Source: Octopus vulgaris
Lineage: Eukaryota
NCBI GenBank assembly: GCA_951406725.2
Contig: OX597822.1
Coordinates: 105,214,001 to 105,278,000 of the forward strand
Direction of reading: 5' to 3'
DNA: 64,000 bases
The notes under the pieces are model-generated. The model made no database searches. It was not told where the DNA came from and worked only from the letters and a program-made list of their open reading frames with translations. The translations under genes were made by a program, and so were the position numbers. The stretch's first letter is position 1. Each line of letters begins with the position of its first letter. Shown here piece after piece: positions 42,006-55,454 of this stretch.

Positions 42006-43141
42006 CACACCCAGCATTATTCCTTATATTGTTATTTATATCTCCCAAACCCCATTGGGAAAAATCTCTGTAACCACCATGTTATTGGTTTTTACCAATC
42101 TGTAAAGAGTAAAAGAAAATCCAAGTGATGTTCTAAATTACAGCACTAATACTTGAGTCGTGGGACCCGAGAAAACAATGCAAACTTCTTTCGATAGAAT
42201 ATCTATAGACATTTATAGAACGTACAATATTCACCGATGAAGCTCACCCTAAACGCACAACCGAAAAAAGTAGATGACATTACTAAAAAGGAGTTTTTCC
42301 TGGCCCTTCTAAGACTGCTTATCAGGAAGAAGACTGGGTTGAGAGTTCACTGTGCTGTATATGAAGAAATGAAAAAAAGCTACTGATAACGTTTACTGTC
42401 ATCTCGGATCATTAAACTACACATTATTGGGTCACACGTCTGGGTCACGCTAAAAGAGAAGCATTCAAAAATTAATTCAATAATTCTTTGAACAGTCACC
42501 GAAACTCCTACTTCAAATAATGTTCACAGCGTAAGTCATAAAACGGACAAGAAAAGTCAGAGTGGGTATTGACAAGTATTTAATAACAAAGAAGAATAAG
42601 ATTACATTGATTTCAATTTTGCCGCAAAACCAGCAATTTCGGTGGAATTGCAAGTCAATTACTTCGACCCCAGTGCTCGACTGGTATTTAGTTACTGAAT
42701 CCTGAAAGTCGACCTTGGCGGATTTTGAACTCAGAACGTAAAGTCGTTCAGTACTTCGCCCGGCGTCTTAAGAATGCTGCCAGCTCGCCACCTTCGAATA
42801 AGATTATATTCAATGATAGCTGGGAGTGGTTCATGATTTATAGAAACCATATCTGCTGCATATATGTATGTATGTATGTATGTATGTAGGCATGTATGTA
42901 TGTATGTATGTATGTATGTATGTATGTATGTATGTATGTATGTATGCATGTATGTATGTATGCATGTATGCATGAATGCATGTATGTATCTATTATGTAT
43001 GTATGTATTCATCTAACTATCTATGTGTTTGTAAGTAGAATACATATGTGTTGGGAATAGTGGATCACCAATAATGGATCAACAATACTTTATCTCCCCT
43101 TCTTTCTTGCTCTCCTGTCTAACTACCTCTGTCCAGCCAGC

Positions 43142-43256
43142 CGCCATAATTGACCGCTAGCTCCAAGAGCTTTTTTAATTCTCTCTCTCTCTCTTTAGTT
43201 CTTTCCTGTTGAAGAGCGTAGGTTGGAAACGTAGAAGATTTTCTCACTATCCCGAG
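43142..43256 (+). mobile_element. Hammerhead-motif short repeat, copy 1 (3'-truncated)
   Basis: Starts CGCCATAATTGACCGCTAG; contains CTGTTGAAGAGCGTAGGTTGGAAACGTA. Confidence 0.65.
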
Positions 43257-43260
43257 ATAG

Positions 43261-43553
43261 ATTAAATTTCCCCGTGCCTCGGAAAACCTAATCTATGCCA
43301 TTACCTGCAGTATATTGGTCAATCAGGAATATCACTCCGTCGAAGAACCACTCTCCACATAGAACAAATCCGCCACCCACAATACAGACACATGCTGGTC
43401 AGTGAAGACATAGAAAGGTGTGCTAGGAATCTTAATCCTAATTTCCTAACTTTCCCTTTTATCAATGTTCACAATACCTCAGCACAACAAAGAATGAATA
43501 AAGAGGCAACTTTCATCAATAAATATCTTCCACAACTCAATATGAACAGATAA
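43261..43553 (+). pseudogene. Penelope-like element GIY-YIG endonuclease relic
   Basis: ENLIYAITC (frameshift) QYIGQSGISLRRRTTLHIEQI...KEATFINKYLPQLN*, showing the LIY/YIG, R, E and N motifs. Confidence 0.85.
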
Positions 43554-43729
43554 CATAAGAACATAATAACCCCTCAATTAATACCACTAACCCCCATACA
43601 TCCCATAAACTATTCACATTACAGCATTATATCTACCCTAATTGCACCAAATCCAGAACTACTTACCTCCTTTACACATAATCTTTTTACTCAGGGACTA
43701 GTAGACCCGACACCGTTTGGTAATCGGTG

Positions 43730-43773
43730 AGCATTGAAAGGCAGTGAACAGTAATTCACGAAACCGGTATGCT
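43730..43773 (+). ncRNA. Atypical minimal hammerhead-like motif in the Penelope 3' region
   Basis: AGCA-TTGAAAGGCA-GTGAA(cagtaa)TTCAC-GAAA-CCGG-TA-TGCT. Confidence 0.5.
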
Positions 43774-43977
43774 TTTGAATCTCTTTAACAATTCACAAGG
43801 ATGACTTTTATTACTTTTATTCCTACCTCTGTTCATCTAATTGTATATAGCTATCGTTAATTTTCATAAAATTACTTTTTTTGATTTCCAATGTGCATTT
43901 TCGCTTTTTTCTTCTTACTTTGCCCTTACATTTCCACGTTTACATTTTCTATTTTCTTTTTGTAACATATTTCTATG

Positions 43978-44042
<65 letters not shown>

Positions 44043-44607
44043 GATATATTTTGTGACATTGAAATTCATAACATTATTTATTTTACTGTTATAACACCCA
44101 TACACACATGCACAAAAAACATACATACACTCTGATACACACACACACAATCACACGTGTGTATAGATATAGTGTAATATATTCTCCATTCTGCGAGTAA
44201 ATGATATTTGCTGAGATATTTATTTCGCAATTGATACAAACGAATGATGTTAATATTTATTTATTTTGCTTTTTTCATTTCATTTATTTCTGGCGATGTA
44301 ATTATATTTTCGTATGTAATTCCAGTTAACATTTTGATTTATTTACTGTTATCTTTATTATCTTTACACAAGTCATTAAGCGACTCCACTATGTTTTCGA
44401 TAACTGGATATTCTTATTAATAACTTCGTTTGATTATAATATAGCAGCACACACAAACGCACACACACACACTCACACGTATATAACTATTCGTATATAT
44501 ATATATATACACACATACACATGCACACGCACACACACATGTATATATATGTAGTTACGTACATATATATGTGTGTCTATATAGATGCCTATATATAATT
44601 ATATATA

Positions 44608-44720
<113 letters not shown>

Positions 44721-44924
44721 ATATATAGATGTAGTGCTCAAAAATGATGTGTCTAGCCAATGATATTTAATCAAATAACATAAACAAATACAATTTTCTA
44801 AATCATTCCAAGAGATACGTCATAATTATCACTAGCTCCCTTTGTCTTCACTTTCCCTTACCGTATATACGTGTACACACACACATATACATAAATTCAT
44901 ACATATATACATACATATTTTACA

Positions 44925-45440
44925 TAATATCCGTTCTGTCTGTCTGCGCGAGTGTCTTCAAGGATCTCGGGCATCCTCCATCCGATTGCGCTCAAATTTG
45001 ATATGTAGATACCGACGGTATCAGGGCGTGTATAAGTCTTGAATCGATTCCAGGTGAGATTGTGATTGATAGAGCCGTTTTTGTCCTGCTTTTCTTCTGT
45101 CAACCTGTACATTGCTGCACCTTCTATTGTTTGTTGCTTTTGTACTGCTTAAAGGCACGTTTCTTTCCTACCAAGCTTACTGTTTAAACCTTGTTTATGT
45201 TCTCCCAGTCAACTTTAAACTCTTCGGTTGCATATTTGTGTGAATAAAATCGTTTTTCTTTGGAATAGAAAAGAAGTCTATTTTTATCTCTTTATTTTGC
45301 TGGTGTTTCAAATTTAGGTTAAATCAATGTTTCTCAAAGGGGTGGTTATGGGACGATCGGACAAGTAGTTTTGAGAAAATTTGGTTTAAATGTTTGACAA
45401 CTCAGCATCGTCCATTGGACGGGGGCGCGTTTTGCTCGAA
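44925..45440 (+). mobile_element. Helitron/Helentron-like relic
   Basis: CTGTCTGTCTG...CATCCGATTGCGCTCAAATTTGATATG resembles HINE 5' regions; termini not resolved. Confidence 0.35.
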
Positions 45441-45468
45441 TAGATATATATATATATATGTATGTATG

Positions 45469-45508
<40 letters not shown>

Positions 45509-45518
45509 AAGATATGGT

Positions 45519-45732
45519 CGCCATGATAGATCGTTAGCCACTACACACGTTTTTTCTCTCCTTTTTTTCCTCTACTTGTTTCTCTCCTTGTTTTTTTTCT
45601 GTGTCTCTTTCTGTACAAGGGCGTTGGCTCGAAACGTAAAATCCTTTTTCTATTTCTGGAGCGTTATACTAATACATCTGTTTGTTTTCTACGCCACCTG
45701 TCTTCGTCTTTTGTTTTGTTTTTTCGCTCTTT
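45519..45732 (+). mobile_element. Hammerhead-motif short repeat, copy 2 (degenerate core)
   Basis: CGCCATGATAGATCG start; GGCTCGAAACGTAAAA; CACCTGTCTTCGTCTTTTG end; between (TA)n tracts. Confidence 0.65.
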
Positions 45733-46949
45733 GTATATATATATATCCCTATGTATATATATATATATATATATATATAGGACGGGCTTCTTATATGACA
45801 CACTTACAGTCAGAAGTGTGGCCTGCAGCTAAGCTTATTTCGCGTATGAAAAAAACATCTTGGCTTTGATATACTTTTGACCAAGGAATTTCGCTCCATA
45901 TGTTTCGAATTTATTCAATGATGAGCTAGTGCAGCCTTTTCTTATACCAGCTGCGCATGTCTTGCGGCTGGGTTAGATTTATTAGAAATCTGTGTTTGCT
46001 CCAGATTAAATAAAAACGTACAAGATTTTGCAAAAATATTGTACAACCTACATTCTCATGATTACTTGTATGTGACGGTTATATGTGTAAATACACACGC
46101 ATCTACGTTTCAAGCGCGTACATTTAGGAATCCGTAAAGTTTAGAAGTTGACTTCAAGACCACCAAAAGTTTCGAGCATAGCAAGCACTTATTTAGCTTT
46201 GCTGATTTTTTGCCTAAATGTTCATGTTCCAGTCTGAACTGTTTTCGAAAATGTAAACAAGACATTTATTATCAATTCACCGGAGGATAAGACGGAATCC
46301 ACTTGAAGTTTTTTTCATAAACTGAGATCACGAACTCAGCTTTGTTATCTGTCGTTACTTCGTTGCGGAAATATTTCTCTTTTTAATAAATCCCTTCTTT
46401 TTAAACTCATTATTATTCCTTTTGCACATTTCGCGTAAATCTGATTAAATATTTTGTATAGACATTCATCAACATATATTCATAATTTTTATTTTTATTC
46501 ATGCAGTTATATTCCATACATGCAACTTCTAAACCCTTTCCTAATGGCGTTATTCATTTATACTTCTTTTAGGTTATTTCTTTATGTACATTGAATTTCT
46601 GTATTAATACCACTTGCTAAACTATTGGTTTTGGAAATACTTGGTTTTGGAAATACTGGTTGCTCTACGTTAATGAAGAATATCCTATTTTTTTAATCAG
46701 CACGCAATCAAAACCTGTTATAATATTCAAATTCTTTGTGCTACATGTTAGTTATTTTTGCTTCTATAGATCAAAATGGTGCATAGTTTGGAAACGAAAC
46801 ACTTGGTACAGAAATTTGTAAATGTTTTCCCTTCTTACACACAAAACCACTCAGACACATGTGTGTGTGTATAATCTATCTATTTATCTATCAATTCATA
46901 TTGAATAATCTGTATATCTATAAATATACATACACAGGTACATACGTAT

Positions 46950-47490
46950 TGGGTTGTTAGATAAATTATTTCATTATTTTATCATTTATTTTGAATTCTT
47001 ATTTTAACAAATCACGCAATAATATATTATCCTTCATTGTTCATGACTTCTTGTCAATGCTCAACTAGCTTGTCAATGTCATGACGGTAAAAATCATCGG
47101 ATTTTGACTGGAAGTATAGATCGAACCACGTTTTTAGCTCTAAGTCGTTGTTGAACGAAGCGCCACGCAGACTATTAGAGAGCAATTGAAAATGGTGAGA
47201 AAACAGTGGATGCAGTAAAACTTACCAACTGTGTTCTTGAATTGCACTTTTGTGAATGATGAAGTTTAATCGTTCTACATTTAACTCAACAAGTCTACGA
47301 GAATGCTGAGGTCGATTTCCTTTCCTTGGAGCGTGAAAACCATTTCTGTGTATATATGTCAGTGATAGCACTTCCTCCATGCAGAGCACAAAAAGTTTCG
47401 AGCGGCTCTGCCCGCTATGGAAGTTTGACTGTAAGCGAAGAAAAGTACGTATCTAAAAGGCTCATATTTTTTCTACTCGTCACGCCATCG
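46950..47490 (-). mobile_element. Internally deleted mariner relic
   Basis: TA-TTGGGTTG TIR; C-terminus FQSKSDDFYRHDIDKLVEH; N-terminus FRYVLFFAY...RAARNFCALHG. Confidence 0.75.
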
Positions 47491-47696
47491 TTATATATCT
47501 GAAAAGAAGTAAAATTTCAACAAACTTGAAAAGTGATAAAGAAACTTTTTAAGACAAGAATAGAGCTCACCTCCAAAACAAAAACAAAACAAAAAGAAAT
47601 AATCAGAGTATAAAATGCTAGGATAAAAATTATTTTTCAAATTACTTTACATAACATGGGAAAGAAATGAACAGAATAATATATTTATGTGGCAAT

Positions 47697-47906
47697 CGCC
47701 ATGTTGATTCGCCAGCTTCTGCACGCATTTTTTTTCTCTCCTTGTTTCTTTCCGTGTTTCTTTTCTGTGTATCTTTCTGTTGAAGAGCGTAGGCTCGAAA
47801 CGTAAAAGACTTGTTTTATTTCTATTCCTGAGCGCCATACTAATACAATTGTTTGTTTGTATTCCACCTGCCTTCGTCTTTTGTTTATTTTCATAAAGCT
47901 TCCCAT

Positions 47907-47908
<2 letters not shown>
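47697..47908 (+). mobile_element. Hammerhead-motif short repeat, copy 3 (best preserved)
   Basis: Same start and end as the other copies; followed by (TA)n. Confidence 0.7.
47772..47809 (+). ncRNA. Minimal type-I hammerhead ribozyme motif (A6U variant)
   Basis: TCTTT-CTGTTGA-A-GAGC(GTAG)GCTC-GAAA-CG-TA-AAAGA. Confidence 0.6.
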
Positions 47909-47954
<46 letters not shown>

Positions 47955-48442
47955 GTATGTGTGATTTTTTTCCAAACACGGAAAAAAATAAATAAACTGT
48001 TACCAGGGTAGCAAAAGTTCACACAAATATCAAGGATGTAACAGCCTATTTATAAAGGTAAAAAATCTAGGTTTAGGTTAGGTTAAATGTTTTGTATAAT
48101 ATAGATAAATAATTAAATGGAGTTAAAGGCAGGTGTTATTCAAATTCTTTTACTTTCTACCATTCTATAAAATCCGACCTTTGACTGTCTTCTTACATTG
48201 CACTTCCACTATATATATCTATTTCTATTCCTTGAAGCTTTAATTCACCTATCGCTCCATATCTCTCCATTATTAGTTTACTGCTAATGTATTTCTTTCT
48301 CCTTCTTCTCTTTCTATAAACTACCTTTGAGGTTATATCTACTAAAGGTTTTTTTAAATAAAAAGTTGATAGGTTTCTCGTCACCATATACGCAGTCATC
48401 ACATTCTGTTAAAATGTCTTATTGACGTGTTTGGTTTCTTTC

Positions 48443-48492
48443 TTTCCCTGAAGAGAAGATTGCATTGTTGTTTTCGAAACATATGTCGGAAG
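48443..48492 (+). ncRNA. Canonical-core minimal type-I hammerhead ribozyme
   Basis: TTCC-CTGAAGA-GAAGA(11 nt)TTTTC-GAAA-CATATG-TC-GGAA; predicted cleavage after C48487. Confidence 0.75.
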
Positions 48493-48529
48493 TAAAAGTA
48501 TTTGAATAAAACCTGCGTTTTACTCCATT

Positions 48530-48572
<43 letters not shown>

Positions 48573-48632
48573 TGCATTGGCCAAAGAACGCACCTGGCAG
48601 TAAATCAAAACCATTTAATTCCAAGATTTCAT

Positions 48633-48980
48633 CTTCATCATCATCGTTTAAAGTCCGCTTTCCATGCTAGCATGGGTTGGACGGTTTGACTGAGGGTTGG
48701 TGAACCAGATGGCTGCACCAGGCTCCAATCTTGATCTGGCCGAGTTTCTACGGCTGGATGCCCTTCCTAACGCCAACCACTACGAGAGTGCAGTGGGTGC
48801 TTTCACATGCCACCGGCATGGGGGCTAGTCAGGCTGTACTGGCAAAAACCTCGCTTGAATCTTTTTACACATGCCAATGGCACAGGTGCCAGTAAGGCGA
48901 TGCTGGTAACGATCCTGCTCGAATGGTACCTCCTACATGCCACTGGCATGGAAGCCAGTTAGCCGCTCTGGCAACGATCA
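48633..48980 (-). mobile_element. RTE-related/Ceph-domain-like SINE fragment
   Basis: Minus strand GTTGGCGTTAGGAAGGGCATCCAGCCGTAGAAAC and a 3' tail CCAACCCATGCTAGCATGG...(GAT)n. Confidence 0.65.
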
Positions 48981-49137
48981 TTTAAAGTGAATGAATTTAA
49001 TAAAAGTATCTAGATATGAAACATCATGAAATTGTTCAAACTGAAGTCCTTCTTGAGCAACACATTTTCTCATTCAAGTCAATACAGAATTACAGATAGT
49101 ATTTGTGGAATTTTTATTTACTGACTTCTGGCAAACC

Positions 49138-49245
<108 letters not shown>

Positions 49246-49248
49246 CAG

Positions 49249-49281
<33 letters not shown>

Positions 49282-49773
49282 AACACAGATACACATGCAT
49301 ACACACACTAACACACACATAAGCGAATTGTGGATTAGTCAATATATACCACAAACATATTTTAAGGAACCTGAAGCTAGTTTATTCCTCATCAGTGCTC
49401 ATCGCTGTTACTACTGTATTTATTCTGACTAGGTTGTCCGCCAGCTCAATCAGTCACTGAAATAGAATATCCTCAGATAATTGATTACTCTACAAGTTTA
49501 GAAAATGCCTAGGGCTCTCTATCTTTGGTACCTCCTACCGGGGAAGGCTAAATGAGCCATAAATGCGACTGCGAGTCGGCTAGGGGAGGACTCTCAACAG
49601 ATATGGTGGTTTTACAAATTCTGTTATAAGGGAGAATATTTTCTCCACGGTGATTTCAGTGCATTTGTCTTCGGAATCCGAAGTATGTCACAAACTTAGT
49701 TTATATAATCTGAAGTATTTATACCACACCATAATAGAAAGGGACTTAACGCTCTTACTGTTATATATATATA

Positions 49774-50245
49774 CTAGCAGTATCGTCCGGCGTTGCTCGG
49801 GTTTGTAAGGGAAATAACTATAAAGCATTTTTAGAGAGTTATAGCCAAAAAATAGCAAAAAAATGCATTAAAAATGGGAAAAAAATGATGGTAATTTTTT
49901 TTTTAATCGTTGACTCATCGTAGACATTTTTAGAGAGTTACTTCCCTTATATAATAGCGAAAAAATGCATTAAAATGGAAAAAATGATGGTAAATTTTTT
50001 TAAATTTTTATCGTAGACATTTTTAGAGACTTACTTCTATATAATAGCGAAAAAATGCATTAAAATGGAAAAAATGATGGTAAATTATTTTTAAAATCGT
50101 AGACTCATCGTAGACGCGAGCTAATACCCAGAAGGGCACGATATGAATCACGACTATAGGATACCCGGTTTTGGTTAAACTGCACCGCAAAATGTGGGAG
50201 TAGTTCGGAATCTGAATCGAAGTAGACAGACACACAACCTTACTG
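49774..50245 (-). mobile_element. Non-autonomous Helitron (same family as 23810 and 27354)
   Basis: CTAG end with hairpin and internal tandem units; the 5' TC end is not recognisable. Confidence 0.85.
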
Positions 50246-50439
50246 TTATATATATATATATATATATATCATAGTATATAATATAACAAACGAAGGAAAA
50301 ATGATTACTTCAAAGGGGTGTAAAACATCCAATTCACTGGAACGGCAGTCATATTATTTTATCTTATATTTATATTATATTATATAATAATGTAATAAAT
50401 TGTTAGACTGCCAATTGTATTTCTCTATTTAATTTATCA

Positions 50440-50603
50440 TATGTGTGTGTGTATCTATACATATATACATATATTCATAAATACACACACACATATATAA
50501 ATGTATATATATATACATACATATATATATATACATACATATATATATACATACATATATATATGTATGTATATATATATGTATGTATATATATATATGT
50601 ATG

Positions 50604-50648
<45 letters not shown>

Positions 50649-50757
50649 ATATATATATATATATATGTATATATAAATATATGTATGTATATAGATATAT
50701 ATGTATGTATATATATATATGTATATATATGTATGTATATATATGTATGTGTATATA

Positions 50758-50817
<60 letters not shown>

Positions 50818-50841
50818 TATATGTATACATATATAAGCATA

Positions 50842-50890
<49 letters not shown>
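50440..50890. repeat. Long TA/TATG microsatellite field
   Basis: Seen directly. Confidence 0.9.
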
Positions 50891-50891
<1 letters not shown>

Positions 50892-51406
50892 ATTGAGGTT
50901 TCAGGAATTTAGACATACGACGAATATAGCAGAGCTTGTAATAGGAGAGGGCTGATGATAATTGGTTGAATACATATTTAACCATAAGATGGAATGTTTG
51001 TTGTTGCAACATTGCCGTAAACCATAAACACAGTGCACTGGAGTAAAATAAAGGTTAAGAAAAAACAAACAAACCTACGTATTTAGCGCTGTGACTGGAG
51101 TGTTTCTATAAAACGAACTGGTGACATGATAGAATAAAAAAGATAAGCATATTTGCCAAATGGGAATGACATTATAGAAATTGTTTTGGCTTGCTAATCG
51201 GTGTTAAAGAGAGATTACCTCCAGAGAAAAATAGCTATGAAGTAAAGAAATTGAGAGAGATGCAATTAGTATATGAATTAGAGATATATTAGAAATTCAT
51301 ATCAGGTATGTAATAAAAATTTGCATATATATATGTGAGCATTATATATGTGTGTATGTGTGTGTGTTTGTGTATGTGTGTGTTTGTTTGTTGTATATAT
51401 GTGTGT

Positions 51407-51438
<32 letters not shown>

Positions 51439-51560
51439 TTGTGCGTGCGTATTAATATATACGCAAGGAGCGTTAGTACGCCGGAGAAATGCTTGACTGC
51501 GTTTTTTCCATTTTTGTGTTCTAAATTCTGATGCGGCCATGGTCGACTTTCCTATTCATG

Positions 51561-51638
51561 TTTTCGAGATCGATAAAATAAGTACCAGATGAATACAGGA
51601 ATTTTTGTATTCATCTGGCACTTATTTTATCGATCTCG

Positions 51639-51642
<4 letters not shown>
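51561..51642. repeat. 37-bp-arm inverted repeat built from SINE-C sequence, abutting (TA)n
   Basis: TTTTCGAGATCGATAAAATAAGTACCAGATGAATACA and its reverse complement with 1 mismatch. Confidence 0.9.
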
Positions 51643-51683
<41 letters not shown>

Positions 51684-53884
51684 ATATATATATGAATGTG
51701 TGTATGTATGAATGTGTATATATATATTTACATATCCAGATTCGTGCACACAGACATACACACACACACATGTGCTCATGTAGGTATACTTAATACCTAT
51801 TTTCATGAATAATTATCGATATATGTTGATATACATATGCATATTTCATGCACACATGATGTAAATCTGCACACACGATCTTTAGGCATATGAAGCCAAA
51901 GTAGAGAAATTCAAAGATGTGTTTTCGATCACAATATCAAGATTTTCATTGATTCACCTGGACCACGAGAGCACTTTGATGAGGCAGTGATGAAGCAGTG
52001 ATGTCAAGACCAGAACTGACGAATAGAGGTGAAACTATTGTCTCTCATATAGATCTCTAAATTTACAAACTCTTGTAACTTATTTATACATAAACATACG
52101 TATATGTATATATAGATGAGAATAACTATGTGAATATATATAACATATATATGCGTGTTTGTGTTAACTACATTGGATATATACACCGCGTCTATTCATT
52201 CACCTTCGTTTTGGTTGAATCGGTCGAGGTACTTGTTAATTAGAGAATGGCATATGAAACAGTTTTCTGACAGCATAACATAATGTCGGTATTAAATATT
52301 GTCTCATACGAGAGAGTTAATTGAGCAGAAATAATTCAATGGGGTGTCCTCTAGAAAATCTTCCGATCTACTACATGTAACAGCTAACACGTCGGTCGAA
52401 ATGGTTAGCAGTATTTAGTCTGTCTTTATGTTCTGAGTTCAAATTCCGCCGAGGTCGACTTTGCTTTCATTCTTTCGGGGTTGATAAATTAAATTCCAGT
52501 TGTATACTGGGGTCGATCTAATCGACTACCCACCTCCCCCTCGGGCCTTGTGCCGAGAGTAGAAAAGAATATATGTGTCGGATCCCTGCTCTCTGAGTTC
52601 ATATCTTTTCGAAGTCAACTGTGCCTTTCATCCGTGCAAAGGTACGCATCGAATTATTGGTTCGATTGCGGAGTTTCTTCTCTGTGTGTAAATCAATTTA
52701 TGAGTCTATCTTTTTGTATTTGTCTCACACGCTATTTCACTGCGCCGTGAAGGGGTTTTCGCAGACGATCCACCGTGTACATTGTCTCTAATGTTTTGCA
52801 AGAGGTTAGGAAAGAAAAAAATCGTCTCCTACAATAAGGAAATGAAAATATTTCACTCGATCCATCCTAGAACGGTTTCACGTTCAATAAAGCACAAACT
52901 GTAATTGTAATAGAAAAATATATATAAAAAAAAAAAGAAGCATAGTAAATGGCAAATTCGATATCGGGAAATTCGAATGTATAACACTGAGGTACGAACA
53001 TTTAATAGACAAATACAATTACAGAGAAAAAGACTCTCCCCAGAGACAACAGAATTACAGAGACATTCTGTCTTTTTATGTTTCGTTTAGATCTAGCCTC
53101 ATTGGAAAATAAATTGATGTTGAATCCTACACAATGTAGAAGTGTACGAATAAAGTGTGTCTGTGGAGAAGGAACTAGTTCAATCGAACGAACTAAAATC
53201 GATTGAGTGATACTAATACTGTCGACTTCAGGAAAGATTAGCGACAAAGTAGACCTTGACGAGATTCGAACTCACAATTTCGAGTAAAACAAATACGGAA
53301 GAAACAAATACATTGAGTTTGACAGCCTACTGTCTTTCCAATATGAAACGCGACTGAAAGAATTAGAAAAACAAAATCGATATTAATAAAGCGTCATTTC
53401 TCACACTAACGATTATTATCATTATTTTTTCTTCTCGAGTATTATATAGAAATTGTATCGTAATTTATTTAGTTTATTCATTTATTTATTTATTTATTCG
53501 TTTTTCATTTATTCATTTATTTATTCGTTTTTCACAATAGAACAGTATTCTTCACTGCGACATTGTTGTCTACAGTTTGGAGTTGAAATTGTAGAGAATG
53601 CTAGTCAGACACTCAACGATCGACTTGTCTCCTATAAAGTAGACCAGCTGTCATAGCCATTGATGAATCCCATTGAAAGGGCAGGTCAGTAGGCTGATCG
53701 ATAATCAAATAGAAATAGTAGTGACTGTCTCCAAGTTATTGGCAAATCGTATATTTATTGCTAAACTACTGCGGCTGAAAGAATCTTCATACAGGCATAC
53801 GCTCATACATACAACCTAAATACATAATATATACTTACGTATATGAGCGTGTGTGAGCATGTGTGAGTGTGTGTATGTATGTAT

Positions 53885-53926
<42 letters not shown>

Positions 53927-53928
53927 AT

Positions 53929-54021
<93 letters not shown>

Positions 54022-55049
54022 CACTCACACAAATATATTTATATATTTACACAGCCGCGAATAGGCGGCGGATTTATAGGATGGCTTGAGAGTTTCAAGG
54101 ATTGTTGAAGACCACATAACGGACAGTTTTTTTATTCTAGGTTAGCGCTGTACATATTTTATCGATATCTAACTGTCGAATCACAAGACACTTTCGTATA
54201 AAAAGACACATCACCGAGTTTCAAAGGTTCCAACACCCACCCACCCACACGCATTTGTGTGTTAAAGTGTAGGTTTTATGTGTATTGTTTGAAATGAAAT
54301 TTTTCCCATGACAAGAATTCCGCGTCTATGTGCTCGACCATTACAAAAAGACAACGGTGTCAGTGCCCGTAAAACTATCCGAATGAAATAAAGCTGGTTG
54401 TGGTCATAGTGAATCTATGCAGCACATTGGGCAAGTGTCAACTAGTGGAGCTCCAGGCCGATCAATACCTTGTAAAGATTTATTTCAGAGAAATTGTGCG
54501 CAAGTCAGTCGTACGCATGCATCTCTCAATCTGATTTGAGGGAATTTCGAACTGACCTGGAGTGTTTACAATTATTTGTCTACAGCGAGCAATTTTCTCC
54601 GTGAAGATATTCAATGAAGGACTTTCTTACGGGTTCGAATATGCTCCAAACATATCTGAAATGGTTACAAGTTTATATTTATACACATAACTTCTTAGCG
54701 CCGTAATGCGATAACTTTAACACGAAATAACTTCGAAAATAGTAACTTTTCTCAACAACGCTAAGAGTAAAATATGTTCTATACGACACATTCTAGCAGT
54801 ATCAGAAGTTTTTCAATGTGTTTATTTAAAGAAAATTAATTAATCGAGTTTCCCATCAAAAAGAAAGTATCCCTTCTATCATTATATCTGGAAAACCAGT
54901 TATAAACAATAGTCATAATGTGTTTTTCGTTAATACAGTAAACTTGTTTCCATTAATCGTAAATAGGTCTGGTTCGTTATTGATAGGTTCACGGAATCGG
55001 TCCACTCCTCAGTTCAGAAGAATTGAAAGACATAAAAAAATTGAAATAT

Positions 55050-55125
55050 ATGTATGTATGGATGTATGTATGTATGTATGTATGTATGTATGTATGTATG
55101 TATGTATGTATGTATATATATACAC

Positions 55126-55179
<54 letters not shown>

Positions 55180-55388
55180 ATGTACATATATATGCATATA
55201 TACATATACATGTATATGTACATATATATGCATATATACATATACATGTATATGTACATATATATGCATATATACATATACATGTATGTGTACATATATA
55301 TGCATATATATATATATATATATATATACATATGCATGTATAGGCACGAATATGTATGTATATATATATACATATATAGGCATGTATT

Positions 55389-55442
<54 letters not shown>

Positions 55443-55452
55443 TGTATATGTA
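55050..55452. repeat. (TATG)n, (TA)n and a 36-bp TA-derived minisatellite
   Basis: Repeated ATACATGTATATGTACATATATATGCATATATACAT unit. Confidence 0.85.
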
Positions 55453-55454
55453 TA

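Noticed and set aside
42100-42600. Possible DNA-transposase remnant (ITKKEFFLALLRLL)
   Set aside because: Too short, no catalytic motif or TIRs
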